The position numbers and the translations under genes are program-made. A stretch of 64,000 nucleotides of DNA, from assembly GCA_964016885.1 (NCBI GenBank), contig OZ024743.1, positions 243,226,001-243,290,000 on the forward strand. Reading direction: 5' to 3'. Below are positions 43,501 to 58,150 of this stretch, one piece after another; within the stretch, counting starts at the first letter, position 1; each line of letters begins with the position of its first letter. This stretch comes from Eledone cirrhosa. Lineage: Eukaryota. The notes beneath the pieces are model-generated. The model searched no databases, had not been told where the DNA came from, and worked only from the letters and a program-made list of their open reading frames with translations.

Positions 43501-46500
43501 TATTTGGTATAATTGTAGTAAACACAGAACTGTACCAACCAAAATGGTTTGGTATAATTGTAGTAGACACAGCTGTACCAACCAAAATGGTTTGGTATAA
43601 TTGTAGTAGACACAGCTGTACCAACCAAAATGGTTTGGTATAATTGTAGTAGACACAGCTGTACCAACCAAAATGGTTTGGTATAATTGTAGTAGACACA
43701 GAACTGTACCAACCAAAATGGTTTGGTATAATTGTAGTAGCCACAGCTGTACCAACCAAAATGGTTTGGTATAATTGTAGTAGACACAGCTGTACCAACC
43801 AAAATGGTTTGGTATAATTGTAGTAGACACAGCTGTACCAACCAAAATGGTTTGGTATAATTGTAGTAAACACAGCTGTATTACCCAAAATGGTTTGGTT
43901 TAATTGTAGTAGACACAGCTGTACCAACCAAAATGGTTTGGTATAATTGTCGTAGACACAGCTGTACCAACCAAAATGGTTTGGTATAATTATAGTAGAC
44001 ACAGCTGTACCAACCAAAATGGTTTGGTATAATTGTAGTAGACACAGCTGTACCAACCAAAGTGGTTTGGTATAATTTTAGTAGCCACAGCTGTACCAAC
44101 CAAAATGGTTTGGTATAATTGTAGTAAACACAGCTGTACCAACCAAAATGGTTTGGTATAATTGTAGTAGACACAGCTGTACCAACCAAAATGGTTTGGT
44201 ATAATTGTAGTAGACACTGCTGTACCAACCAAAATGGTTTGGTATAATTGTAGTAGACACAAGGCACTGTATCAACCAAAATGGTTTGGTATAATTTTAG
44301 TAGCCACAGCTGTACCAACTAAAATGCTTTGGTATAATTGTAGTAGACACAGCTGTACCAACCAAAATGGTTTGTTATAATTGTAGTAGACACGGCTGTA
44401 CCAACCAAAATGGTTTGGTATAATTGTAGTAAACACAGCTGTACCAACTAAAATGATTTGGTATAATTGTAGTAGACACAGAACTGTATCAACCAAAATG
44501 GTTTGGTATCATTGTAGTAGACACAGCTGTACCAACCAAAATGGTTTAGTAATATTGTAGTAAACACAGAACTGTACCAACTAAAATGATTTGGTATAAT
44601 TGTAGTAAACACAGAACTGTACCAACCAAAATGGTTTGGTATAATTGTAGTAGACACAGCTGTACCAACCAAATTGGTTTGGTATAATTGTAGTAGACAC
44701 AGCTGTACCAACCAAAATGGTTTGGTATAATTGTAGTAGACACAGAACTGTACCAACCAAAATGGTTTGGTATAATTGTAGTAGCCACAGCTGTACCAAC
44801 CAAAATGGTTTGGTATAATTGTAGTAGCCACAGCTGTACCAACCAAAATGGTTTGGTATAATTGTAGTAGACACAGCTGTACCAACCAAAATGGTTTTGT
44901 ATAATTGTAGTAGACACAGAACTGTACCAACCAAAATGGTTTGGTATAATTCTAGTAGCCACAGCTGTACCAACCAAAATGTTTTGGTATAATTGTAGTA
45001 GACACAGCTGTACCAACCAAAATGGTTTTGTATAATTGTAGTAGATACAGCTGTACCAAGTAAAATGGTTTGGTATAATTTTAGTAGCCACAGCTGTACC
45101 AACCAAAATGGTTTGGTATAATTGTAGTAGACACAGCTGTACCAACCAAAATGGTTTGGTATAATTGTAGTAGACACAAAACTGTACCAACCAAAATGGT
45201 TTGGTATAATTGTAGTGGACACAGCTGTACCAACCAAAATGGTTTGGTATAATTGTAGTAGACACAGCTGTACCAACCAAAATGGTTTGGTATAATTGTA
45301 GTAGACACAGCTGTACCAACCAAAATGGTTTCGTATAATTGTAGTAGACACAGCTGTACCAACAAAAATGGTTTGGTATAATTGTAGTAGACACAGCTGT
45401 ACGAACCAAAATGGTTTTGTATAATTGTAGTAGACACAGCTGTACCAACTAAAATGCTTTGGTATAATTGTAGTAGACACAGCTGTACCAACTAAAATGG
45501 TTTGGTATAATTTTAGTAGCCACAGCTGTACCAACCAAAATGGTTTGGTATAATTGTAGTAGACACAGCTGTACCAACCAAAATGGTTTGGTATAATTGT
45601 AGTAGACACAGAACTGTACCAACCAAAATGGTTTGGTATAATTGTAGTAGCCACATCTGTACCAACCAAAATGGTTTGGTATAATTGTAGTAGACACAGC
45701 TGTACCAACCAAAATGGTTTGGTATAATTGTAATAGACACAGAACTGTACCAACCAAAATGGTTTGGTATAATTGTAGTAGCCACAGCTGTACCAACCAA
45801 AGTGGTTTGGTATAATTGTAGTAGACACAGCTGTACCAACCAAAATGGTTTGGTATAATTTTAGTAGCCACAGCTGTACCAACTAAAATGCTTTGGTATA
45901 ATTGTAGTAGACACAGCTGTACCAACCAAAATGGTTTGGTATAATTGTAGTAGACACAGCTGTACCAACCAAAATGGTTTGGTATAATTGTAGTAAACAC
46001 AGCTGTACCAACTAAAATGATTTGGTATAATTGTAGTAGACACAGAACTGTATCAACCAAAATGGTTTGGTATAATTGTAGTAGACACAGCTGTACCAAC
46101 CAAAATGGTTTAGTAATATTGTAGTAGACACAGAACTGTACCAACTAAAATTATTTGGTATAATTGTAGTAAACACATAACTGTACCAACCAAAATGGTT
46201 TGGTATAATTGTAGTAGAGACAGCTGTACCAACCAAAATGGTTTGGTATAATTGTAGTAGACACAGCTGTACCAACCAAAATGGTTTGGTATAATTGTAG
46301 TAGACACAGCTGTACCAACCAAAATGGTTTGGTATAATTGTAGTAGACACAGTACTGTACCAACCAAAATGGTTTGGTATAATTGTAGTAGCCACAGCTG
46401 TACCAACCAAAATGGTTTGGTATAATTGTAGTAGACACAGCTGTACCAACCAAAATGGTTTGGTATAATTGTAGTAGACACAGCTGTACCAACCAAAATG

Positions 46501-48500
46501 GTTTGGTATAATTGTAGTAAACACAGCTGTATTACCCAAAATGGTTTGGTTTAATTGTAGTAGACACAGCTGTACCAACCAAAATGGTTTGGTATAATTG
46601 TCGTAGACACAGCTGTACCAACCAAAATGGTTTGGTATAATTATAGTAGACACAGCTGTACCAACCAAAATGGTTTGGTATAATTGTAGTAGACACAGCT
46701 GTACCAACCAAAGTGGTTTGGTATAATTTTAGTAGCCACAGCTGTACCAACCAAAATGGTTTGGTATAATTGTAGTAAACACAGCTGTACCAACCAAAAT
46801 GGTTTGGTATAATTGTAGTAGACACAGCTGTACCAACCAAAATGGTTTGGTATAATTGTAGTAGACACTGCTGTACCAACCAAAATGGTTTGGTATAATT
46901 GTAGTAGACACAAGGCACTGTATCAACCAAAATGGTTTGGTATAATTTTAGTAGCCACAGCTGTACCAACTAAAATGCTTTGGTATAATTGTAGTAGACA
47001 CAGCTGTACCAACCAAAATGGTTTGTTATAATTGTAGTAGACACGGCTGTACCAACCAAAATGGTTTGGTATAATTGTAGTAAACACAGCTGTACCAACT
47101 AAAATGATTTGGTATAATTGTAGTAGACACAGAACTGTATCAACCAAAATGGTTTGGTATAATTGTAGTAGACACAGCTGTACCAACCAAAATGGTTTAG
47201 TAATATTGTAGTAAACACAGAACTGTACCAACTAAAATGATTTGGTATAATTGTAGTAAACACAGAACTGTACCAACCAAAATGGTTTGGTATAATTGTA
47301 GTAGACACAGCTGTACCAACCAAAATGGTTTGGTATAATTGTAGTAGACACAGCTGTACCAACCAAAATGGTTTGGTATAATTGTAGTAGACACAGAACT
47401 GTACCAACCAAAATGGTTTGGTATAATTGTAGTAGCCACAGCTGTACCAACCAAAATGGTTTGGTATAATTGTAGTAGCCACAGCTGTACCAACCAAAAT
47501 GGTTTGGTATAATTGTAGTAGACACAGCTGTACCAACCAAAATGGTTTTGTATAATTGTAGTAGACACAGAACTGTACCAACCAAAATGGTTTGGTATAA
47601 TTCTAGTAGCCACAGCTGTACCAACCAAAATGTTTTGGTATAATTGTAGTAGACACAGCTGTACCAACCAAAATGGTTTTGTATAATTGTAGTAGATACA
47701 GTTGTACCAAGTAAAATGGTTTGGTATAATTTTAGTAGCCACAGCTGTACCAACCAAAATGGTTTGGTATAATTGTAGTAGACACAGCTGTACCAACCAA
47801 AATGGTTTGGTATAATTGTAGTAGACACAAAACTGTACCAACCAAAATGGTTTGGTATAATTGTAGTGGACACAGCTGTACCAACCAAAATGGTTTGGTA
47901 TAATTGTAGTAGACACAGCTGTACCAACCAAAATGGTTTGGTATAATTGTAGTAGACACAGCTGTACCAACCAAAATGGTTTCGTATAATTGTAGTAGAC
48001 ACAGCTGTACCAACCAAAATGGTTTGGTATAATTGTAGTAGACACAGCTGTACGAACCAAAATGGTTTTGTATAATTGTAGTAGACACAGCTGTACCAAC
48101 TAAAATGCTTTGGTATAATTGTAGTAGACACAGCTGTACCAACTAAAATGGTTTGGTATAATTTTAGTAGCCACAGCTGTACCAACCAAAATGGTTTGGT
48201 ATAATTGTAGTAGACACAGCTGTACCAACCAAAATGGTTTGGTATAATTGTAGTAGACACAGAACTGTACCAACCAAAATGGTTTGGTATAATTGTAGTA
48301 GCCACATCTGTACCAACCAAAATGGTTTGGTATAATTGTAGTAGACACAGCTGTACCAACCAAAATGGTTTGGTATAATTGTAATAGACACAGAACTGTA
48401 CCAACCAAAATGGTTTGGTATAATTGTAGTAGCCACAGCTGTACCAACCAAAGTGGTTTGGTATAATTGTAGTAGACACAGCTGTACCAACCAAAATGGT
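40330..48500. repeat. About three copies of a ~2.65-2.78 kb higher-order unit, with a partial older copy at ~38.1-39.4 kb
   Basis: Marker ORFs at 40474/43210/45861 and 41668/44448/47099. Shared GTATTACCC, GATACAG..CCAAGTAAAA and CACAAAACTG variants. Confidence 0.88.
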
Positions 48501-51500
48501 TTGGTATAATTGTAGTAGACACAGCTGTTCCAACCAAAATGGTTTAGTAATATTGTAGTAGACACAGAACTGTACCAACCAAAATGATTTGGTATAATTG
48601 TAGTAGACACAGAACTGTACCAACCAAAATGGTTTGGTATAATTGTAGTAGCCACAGCTGTACCAACCAAAATGGTTTGGTATAATTGTAGTAGACACAG
48701 CTGTACCAACCAAAATGGTTTGGTATAATTGTAGTAGACACAGCTGTACCAACCAAAATGGTTTGGTATAATTGTAGTAAACACAGCTGTATTACCCAAA
48801 ATGGTTTGGTTTAATTGTAGTAGACACAGCTGTACCAACCAAAATGGTTTGGTATAATTGTCGTAGACACAGCTGTACCAACCAAAATGGTTTGGTATAA
48901 TTATAGTAGACACAGCTGTACCAACCAAAATGGTTTGGTATAATTGTAGTAGACACAGCTGTACCAACCAAAGTGGTTTGGTATAATTTTAGTAGCCACA
49001 GCTGTACCAACCAAAATGGTTTGGTATAATTGTAGTAAACACAGCTGTACCAACCAAAATGGTTTGGTATAATTGTAGTAGACACAGCTGTACCAACCAA
49101 AATGGTTTGGTATAATTGTAGTAGACACTGCTGTACCAACCAAAATGGTTTGGTATAATTGTAGTAGACACAAGGCACTGTATCAACCAAAATGGTTTGG
49201 TATAATTTTAGTAGCCACAGCTGTACCAACTAAAATGCTTTGGTATAATTGTAGTAGACACAGCTGTACCAACCAAAATGGTTTGTTATAATTGTAGTAG
49301 ACACGGCTGTACCAACCAAAATGGTTTGGTATAATTGTAGTAAACACAGCTGTACCAACTAAAATGATTTGGTATAATTGTAGTAGACACAGAACTGTAT
49401 CAACCAAAATGGTTTGGTATAATTGTAGTAGACACAGCTGTACCAACCAAAATGGTTTAGTAATATTGTAGTAAACACAGAACTGTACCAACTAAAATGA
49501 TTTGGTATAATTGTAGTAGACACAGCTGTACCAACCAAAATGGTTTGGTATAATTTTAGTAGCCACAGCTGTACCAACTAAAATGCTTTGGTATAATTGT
49601 AGTAGACACAGCTGTACCAACCAAAATGGTTTGGTATAATTGTAGTAGACACAGCTGTACCAACCAAAATGGTTTGGTATAATTGTAGTAAACACAGCTG
49701 TACCAACTAAAATGATTTGGTATAATTGTAGTAGACACAGAACTGTATCAACCAAAATGGTTTGGTATAATTGTAGTAGACACAGCTGTACCAACCAAAA
49801 TGGTTTAGTAATATTGTAGTAGACACAGAACTGTACCAACTAAAATTATTTGGTATAATTGTAGTAAACACATAACTGTACCAACCAAAATGGTTTGGTA
49901 TAATTGTAGTAGAGACAGCTGTACCAACCAAAATGGTTTGGTATAATTGTAGTAGACACAGCTGTACCAACCAAAATGGTTTGGTATAATTGTAGTAGAC
50001 ACAGCTGTACCAACCAAAATGGTTTGGTATAATTGTAGTAGACACAGTACTGTACCAACCAAAATGGTTTGGTATAATTGTAGTAGCCACAGCTGTACCA
50101 ACCAAAATGGTTTGGTATAATTGTAGTAGACACAGCTGTACCAACCAAAATGGTTTGGTATAATTGTAGTAGACACAGCTGTACCAACCAAAATGGTTTG
50201 GTATAATTGTAGTAAACACAGCTGTATTACCCAAAATGGTTTGGTTTAATTGTAGTAGACACAGCTGTACCAACCAAAATGGTTTGGTATAATTGTCGTA
50301 GACACAGCTGTACCAACCAAAATGGTTTGGTATAATTATAGTAGACACAGCTGTACCAACCAAAATGGTTTGGTATAATTGTAGTAGACACAGCTGTACC
50401 AACCAAAGTGGTTTGGTATAATTTTAGTAGCCACAGCTGTACCAACCAAAATGGTTTGGTATAATTGTAGTAAACACAGCTGTACCAACCAAAATGGTTT
50501 GGTATAATTGTAGTAGACACAGCTGTACCAACCAAAATGGTTTGGTATAATTGTAGTAGACACTGCTGTACCAACCAAAATGGTTTGGTATAATTGTAGT
50601 AGACACAAGGCACTGTATCAACCAAAATGGTTTGGTATAATTTTAGTAGCCACAGCTGTACCAACTAAAATGCTTTGGTATAATTGTAGTAGACACAGCT
50701 GTACCAACCAAAATGGTTTGTTATAATTGTAGTAGACACGGCTGTACCAACCAAAATGGTTTGGTATAATTGTAGTAAACACAGCTGTACCAACTAAAAT
50801 GATTTGGTATAATTGTAGTAGACACAGAACTGTATCAACCAAAATGGTTTGGTATAATTGTAGTAGACACAGCTGTACCAACCAAAATGGTTTAGTAATA
50901 TTGTAGTAAACACAGAACTGTACCAACTAAAATGATTTGGTATAATTGTAGTAAACACAGAACTGTACCAACCAAAATGGTTTGGTATAATTGTAGTAGA
51001 CACAGCTGTACCAACCAAAATGGTTTGGTATAATTGTAGTAGACACAGCTGTACCAACCAAAATGGTTTGGTATAATTGTAGTAGACACAGAACTGTACC
51101 AACCAAAATGGTTTGGTATAATTGTAGTAGCCACAGCTGTACCAACCAAAATGGTTTGGTATAATTGTAGTAGCCACAGCTGTACCAACCAAAATGGTTT
51201 GGTATAATTGTAGTAGACACAGCTGTACCAACCAAAATGGTTTTGTATAATTGTAGTAGACACAGAACTGTACCAACCAAAATGGTTTGGTATAATTCTA
51301 GTAGCCACAGCTGTACCAACCAAAATGTTTTGGTATAATTGTAGTAGACACAGCTGTACCAACCAAAATGGTTTTGTATAATTGTAGTAGATACAGTTGT
51401 ACCAAGTAAAATGGTTTGGTATAATTTTAGTAGCCACAGCTGTACCAACCAAAATGGTTTGGTATAATTGTAGTAGACACAGCTGTACCAACCAAAATGG

Positions 51501-53195
51501 TTTGGTATAATTGTAGTAGACACAAAACTGTACCAACCAAAATGGTTTGGTATAATTGTAGTGGACACAGCTGTACCAACCAAAATGGTTTGGTATAATT
51601 GTAGTAGACACAGCTGTACCAACCAAAATGGTTTGGTATAATTGTAGTAGACACAGCTGTACCAACCAAAATGGTTTCGTATAATTGTAGTAGACACAGC
51701 TGTACCAACCAAAATGGTTTGGTATAATTGTAGTAGACACAGCTGTACGAACCAAAATGGTTTTGTATAATTGTAGTAGACACAGCTGTACCAACTAAAA
51801 TGCTTTGGTATAATTGTAGTAGACACAGCTGTACCAACTAAAATGGTTTGGTATAATTTTAGTAGCCACAGCTGTACCAACCAAAATGGTTTGGTATAAT
51901 TGTAGTAGACACAGCTGTACCAACCAAAATGGTTTGGTATAATTGTAGTAGACACAGAACTGTACCAACCAAAATGGTTTGGTATAATTGTAGTAGCCAC
52001 ATCTGTACCAACCAAAATGGTTTGGTATAATTGTAGTAGACACAGCTGTACCAACCAAAATGGTTTGGTATAATTGTAATAGACACAGAACTGTACCAAC
52101 CAAAATGGTTTGGTATAATTGTAGTAGCCACAGCTGTACCAACCAAAGTGGTTTGGTATAATTGTAGTAGACACAGCTGTACCAACCAAAATGGTTTGGT
52201 ATAATTGTAGTAGACACAGCTGTTCCAACCAAAATGGTTTAGTAATATTGTAGTAGACACAGAACTGTACCAACCAAAATGATTTGGTATAATTGTAGTA
52301 GACACAGAACTGTACCAACCAAAATGGTTTGGTATAATTGTAGTAGCCACAGCTGTACCAACCAAAATGGTTTGGTATAATTGTAGTAGACACAGCTGTA
52401 CCAACCAAAATGGTTTGGTATAATTGTAGTAGACACAGCTGTACCAACCAAAATGGTTTGGTATAATTGTAGTAAACACAGCTGTATTACCCAAAATGGT
52501 TTGGTTTAATTGTAGTAGACACAGCTGTACCAACCAAAATGGTTTGGTATAATTGTCGTAGACACAGCTGTACCAACCAAAATGGTTTGGTATAATTATA
52601 GTAGACACAGCTGTACCAACCAAAATGGTTTGGTATAATTGTAGTAGACACAGCTGTACCAACCAAAGTGGTTTGGTATAATTTTAGTAGCCACAGCTGT
52701 ACCAACCAAAATGGTTTGGTATAATTGTAGTAAACACAGCTGTACCAACCAAAATGGTTTGGTATAATTGTAGTAGACACAGCTGTACCAACCAAAATGG
52801 TTTGGTATAATTGTAGTAGACACTGCTGTACCAACCAAAATGGTTTGGTATAATTGTAGTAGACACAAGGCACTGTATCAACCAAAATGGTTTGGTATAA
52901 TTTTAGTAGCCACAGCTGTACCAACTAAAATGCTTTGGTATAATTGTAGTAGACACAGCTGTACCAACCAAAATGGTTTGTTATAATTGTAGTAGACACG
53001 GCTGTACCAACCAAAATGGTTTGGTATAATTGTAGTAAACACAGCTGTACCAACTAAAATGATTTGGTATAATTGTAGTAGACACAGAACTGTATCAACC
53101 AAAATGGTTTGGTATAATTGTAGTAGACACAGCTGTACCAACCAAAATGGTTTAGTAATATTGTAGTAAACACAGAACTGTACCAACTAAAATGA
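45806..53195. repeat. Tandem higher-order duplication, 2 x 3,695 bp (about 45806-49500 and 49501-53195)
   Basis: Constant ORF offset 3,695 (45861/49556, 47232/50927, 49183/52878). Private CACATAACTG, AGAGACAG, CAGTACTG and GATACAGTTG occur in both copies. Confidence 0.95.
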
Positions 53196-54931
53196 TTTGG
53201 TATAATTGTAGTAAACACAGAACTGTACCAACCAAAATGGTTTGGTATAATTGTAGTAGACACAGCTGTACCAACCAAAATGGTTTGGTATAATTGTAGT
53301 AGACACAGCTGTACCAACCAAAATGGTTTGGTATAATTGTAGTAGACACAGCTGTACCAACCAAAATGGTTTTGTATAATTGTAGTAGATACAGCTGTAC
53401 CAAGTAAAATGGTTTGGTATAATTTTAGTAGCCACAGCTGTACCAACCAAAATGGTTTGGTATAATTGTAGTAGACACAGCTGTACCAACCAAAATGGTT
53501 TGGTATAATTGTAGTAGACACAAAACTGTACCAACCAAAATGGTTTGGTATAATTGTAGTGGACACAGCTGTACCAACCAAAATGGTTTGGTATAATTGT
53601 AGTAGACACAGCTGTACCAACCAAAATGGTTTGGTATAATTGTAGTAGACACAGCTGTACCAACTAAAATGGTTTGGTATAATTGTAGTAGACACAGCTG
53701 TACCAACCAAAATGGTTTGGTATAATTGTAGTAGACACAGCTGTACGAACCAAAATGGTTTTGTATAATTGTAGTAGACACAGCTGTACCAACTAAAATG
53801 CTTTGGTATAATTGTAGTAGACACAGCTGTACCAACTTAAATGGTTTGGTATAATTTTAGTAGCCACAGCTGTACCAACCAAAATGGTTTGGTATAATTG
53901 TAGTAGACACAGCTGTACCAACCAAAATGGTTTGGTATAATTGTAGTAGCCACATCTGTACCAACCAAAATGGTTTGGTATAATTGTAGTAGACACAGCT
54001 GTACCAACCAAAATGGTTTGGTATAATTGTAATAGACACAGAACTGTACCAACCAAAATGGTTTGGTATAATTGTAGTAGCCACAGCTGTACCAACCAAA
54101 GTGGTTTGGTATAATTGTAGTAGACACAGCTGTACCAACCAAAATGGTTTGGTATAATTGTAGTAGACACAGCTGTTCCAACCAAAATGGTTTAGTAATA
54201 TTGTAGTAGACACAGAACTGTACCAACCAAAATGATTTGGTATAATTGTAGTAGACACAGCTGTACCAACCAAAATGGTTTGGTATAATTGTAGTAGACA
54301 CAGCTGTACCAACCAAAATGGTTTGGTATAATTGTAGTAGCCACAGCTGTACCAACCAAAATGGTTTGGTATAATTGTAGTAGACACAGCTGTACCAACC
54401 AAAATGGTTTGGTATAATTTTAGTAGCCACAGCTGTACCAACTAAAATGCTTTGGTATAATTGTAGTAGACACAGCTGTACCAACCAAAATGGTTTGGTA
54501 TAATTGTAGTAGACACAGCTGTACCAACTAAAATGGTTTTGTATAATTGTAGTAGACACAGAACTGTACCAACCAAAATGGTTTGGTATAATTGTAGTAG
54601 CCACAGCCGTACCAACCAAAATGTTTTGGTATAATTGTAGTAGACACAGAACTGTACCAACCAAAATGGTTTGGTATAATTGTAGTAGCCACAGCTGTAC
54701 CAACCAAAATGGTTTGGTATAATTGTAGTGGACACAGCTGTACCAACCAAAATGGTTTGGTATAATTGTAGTAGACACAGCTGTACCAACCAAAATGGTT
54801 TGGTATAATTGTAGTAGACACAGCTGTACCAACTAAAATGGTTTGGTATAATTGTAGTAGACACAGCTGTACCAACCAAAATGGTTTGGTATAATTGTAG
54901 TAGACACAGCTGTACGAACCAAAATGGTTTT

Positions 54932-57900
54932 GTATAATTGTAGTAGACACAGCTGTACCAACTAAAATGCTTTGGTATAATTGTAGTAGACACAGCTGTA
55001 CCAACTAAAATGGTTTGGTATAATTTTAGTAGCCACAGCTGTACGAACCAAAATGGTTTGGTATAATTGTAGTAGACACAGCTGTACCAACCAAAATGGT
55101 TTGGTATAATTGTAGTAGCCACAGCTGTACCAACCAAAATGGTTTGGTATAATTGTAGTAGACACAGCTATACCAACCAAAATGGTTTGGTATAATTGTA
55201 GTAGACACAGCTGTACCAACTAAAATGCTTTGGTATAATTGTAGTAGACACAGAACTGTACCAACCAAAATGGTTTGGTATAATTGTAGTAGCCACAGCT
55301 GTACCAACCAAAATGGTTTGGTATAATTGTAGTAGACACAAGGCACTTTATCAACCAAAATGGTTTGGTATAATTGTACTAGACACAGCTGTACCAACCA
55401 AAATGGTTTAGTAATATTGTAGTAGACACAGAACTGTACCAACCAAAATGATTTGGTATAATTGTAGTAGACACAGCTGTACCAACCAAAATGGTTTGGT
55501 ATAATTGTAGTAGACACAGCTGTACCAACCAAAATGGTTTGGTATAATTGTAGTAGACACAGCTGTACCAACCAAAATGGTTTGGTATAATTGTAGTAGA
55601 CACAGCTGTACCAACCAAAATGGTTTGGTATAATTGTTGTAAACACAGCTGTACCACCCAAAATGGTTTGGTTTAATTGTAGTAGACACAGCTGTACCAA
55701 CCAAAATGGTTTGGTATAATTGTAGTAGACACAGCTGTACCAACTAAAATGCTTTGGTATAATTGTAGTAGACACAGCTGTACCAACTAAAATGGTTTGG
55801 TATAATTGTAGTAGCCATAACTGTACCAACCAAAATGGTTTGGTATAATTGTAGTAGACACAGCTGTACCAACCAAAATGGTTTGGTATAATTGTAGTAG
55901 CCACAGCTGTACCAACCAAAATGGTTTGGTATAATTGTAGTAGACACAGCTGTACCAATCAAAATGGTTTGGTATAATTGTAGTAGACACAGCTGTACCA
56001 ACCAAAATGGTTTGGTATAATTGTAGTAGACACAGCTGTACCAACCAAAATGGTTTGGTATAATTTTAGTAGCCACAGCTGTACCAACTAAAATGCTTTG
56101 GTATAATTGTAGTAGACACAGCTGTACCAACCAAATTGGTTTGGTATAATTGTAGTAGACACAGTTGTACCAACTAAAATGGTTTTGTATAATTGTAGTA
56201 GACATAGAACTGTACCAACCAAAATGGTTTGGTATAATTGTAGTAGCCACAGCCGTACCAACCAAAATGTGTTGGTATAATTGTAGTAGACACAGAACTG
56301 TACCAACCAAAATGGTTTGGTATCATTGTAGTAGCCACAGCTGTACCAACCAAAATCGTTTGGTATAATTGTAGTGGACACAGCTGTACCAACCAAAATG
56401 GTTGGGTATAATTGTAGTAGACAGAGCTGTACCAACCAAAATGGTTTGGTATAATTGTAGTGGACACAGCTGTACCAACCAAAATGGTTTGGTATAATTG
56501 TAGTAGACACAGCTGTACCAACCAAAATGGTTTGGTATAATTGTAGTAGACACAGCTGTACCAACTAAAATGGTTTGGTATAATTGTAGTAGACACAGCT
56601 GTACCAACCAAAATGGTTTGGTATAATTGTAGTAGACACAGCTGTACCAACTAAAATGCTTTGGTATAATTGTAGTAGACACAGCTGTACCAACTAAAAT
56701 GGTTTGGTATAATTTTAGTAGCCACAGCTGTACGAACCAAAATGGTTTGGTATAATTGTAGTAGACACAGCTGTACCAACCAAAATGGTTTGGTATAATT
56801 GTAGTAGCCACAGCTGTACCAACCAAAATGGTTTGGTATAATTGTAGTAGACACAGCTATACCAACCAAAATGGTTTGGTATAATTGTAGTAGACACAGC
56901 TGTACCAACTAAAATGCTTTGGTATAATTGTAGTAGACACAGAACTGTACCAACCAAAATGGTTTGGTATAATTGTAGTAGCCACAGCTGTACCAACCAA
57001 AATGGTTTGGTATAATTGTAGTAGACACAAGGCACTTTATCAACCAAAATGGTTTGGTATAATTGTACTAGACACAGCTGTACCAACCAAAATGGTTTAG
57101 TAATATTGTAGTAGACACAGAACTGTACCAACCAAAATTATTTGGTATAATTGTAGTAGACACAGCTGTACCAACCAAAATGGTTTGGTATAATTGTAGT
57201 AGACACAGCTGTACCAACCAAAATGGTTTGGTATAATTGTAGTAGACACAGCTGTACCAACCAAAATGGTTTGGTATAATTGTAGTAGACACAGCTGTAC
57301 CAACCAAAATGGTTTGGTATAATTGTTGTAAACACAGCTGTACCACCCAAAATGGTTTGGTATAATTGTAGTAGACACAGCTGTACCAACCAAAATGGTT
57401 TGGTATAATTGTAGTAGACACAGCTGTACCAACTAAAATGCTTTGGTATAATTGTAGTAGACACAGCTGTACCAACTAAAATGGTTTGGTATAATTGTAG
57501 TAGCCATAACTGTACCAACCAAAATGGTTTGGTATAATTGTAGTAGACACAGCTGTACCAACCAAAATGGTTTGGTATAATTGTAGTAGCCACAGCTGTA
57601 CCAACCAAAATGGTTTGGTATAATTGTAGTAGACACAGCTGTACCAACCAAAATGGTTTGGTATAATTGTAGTAGACACAGCTGTACCAACCAAAATGGT
57701 TTGGTATAATTGTAGTAGACACAGCTGTACCAACCAAAATGGTTTGGTATAATTTTAGTAGCCACAGCTGTACCAACTAAAATGCTTTGGTATAATTGTA
57801 GTAGACACAGCTGTACCAACCAAATTGGTTTGGTATAATTGTAGTAGACACAGTTGTACCAACTAAAATGGTTTTGTATAATTGTAGTAGACATAGAACT

Positions 57901-58150
57901 GTACCAACCAAAATGGTTTGGTATAATTGTAGTAGCCACAGCCGTACCAACCAAAATGTTTTGGTATAATTGTAGTAGACACAGAACTGTACCAACCAAA
58001 ATGGTTTGGTATCATTGTAGTAGCCACAGCTGTACCAACCAAAATCGTTTGGTATAATTGTAGTGGACACAGCTGTACCAACCAAAATGGTTGGGTATAA
58101 TTGTAGTAGACAGAGCTGTACCAACCAAAATGGTTTGGTATAATTGTAGT
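54932..58150. repeat. Near-tandem duplication, 1,689-bp period (about 54932-56461 and 56621-58150), with several substitutions
   Basis: ORF offsets 54962/56651, 55744/57433 and 56165/57854. Private GCCATAACT, AAAATCGTTT and GGTTGGGTA are shared. At least four visible differences between copies. Confidence 0.9.

Noticed and set aside
41455-58057. Three short plus-strand ORFs (41455..41643, 56165..56368, 57854..58057)
   Set aside because: Chance read-through where length variants keep the frame away from stops; two of them are copies within the 1,689-bp duplication.
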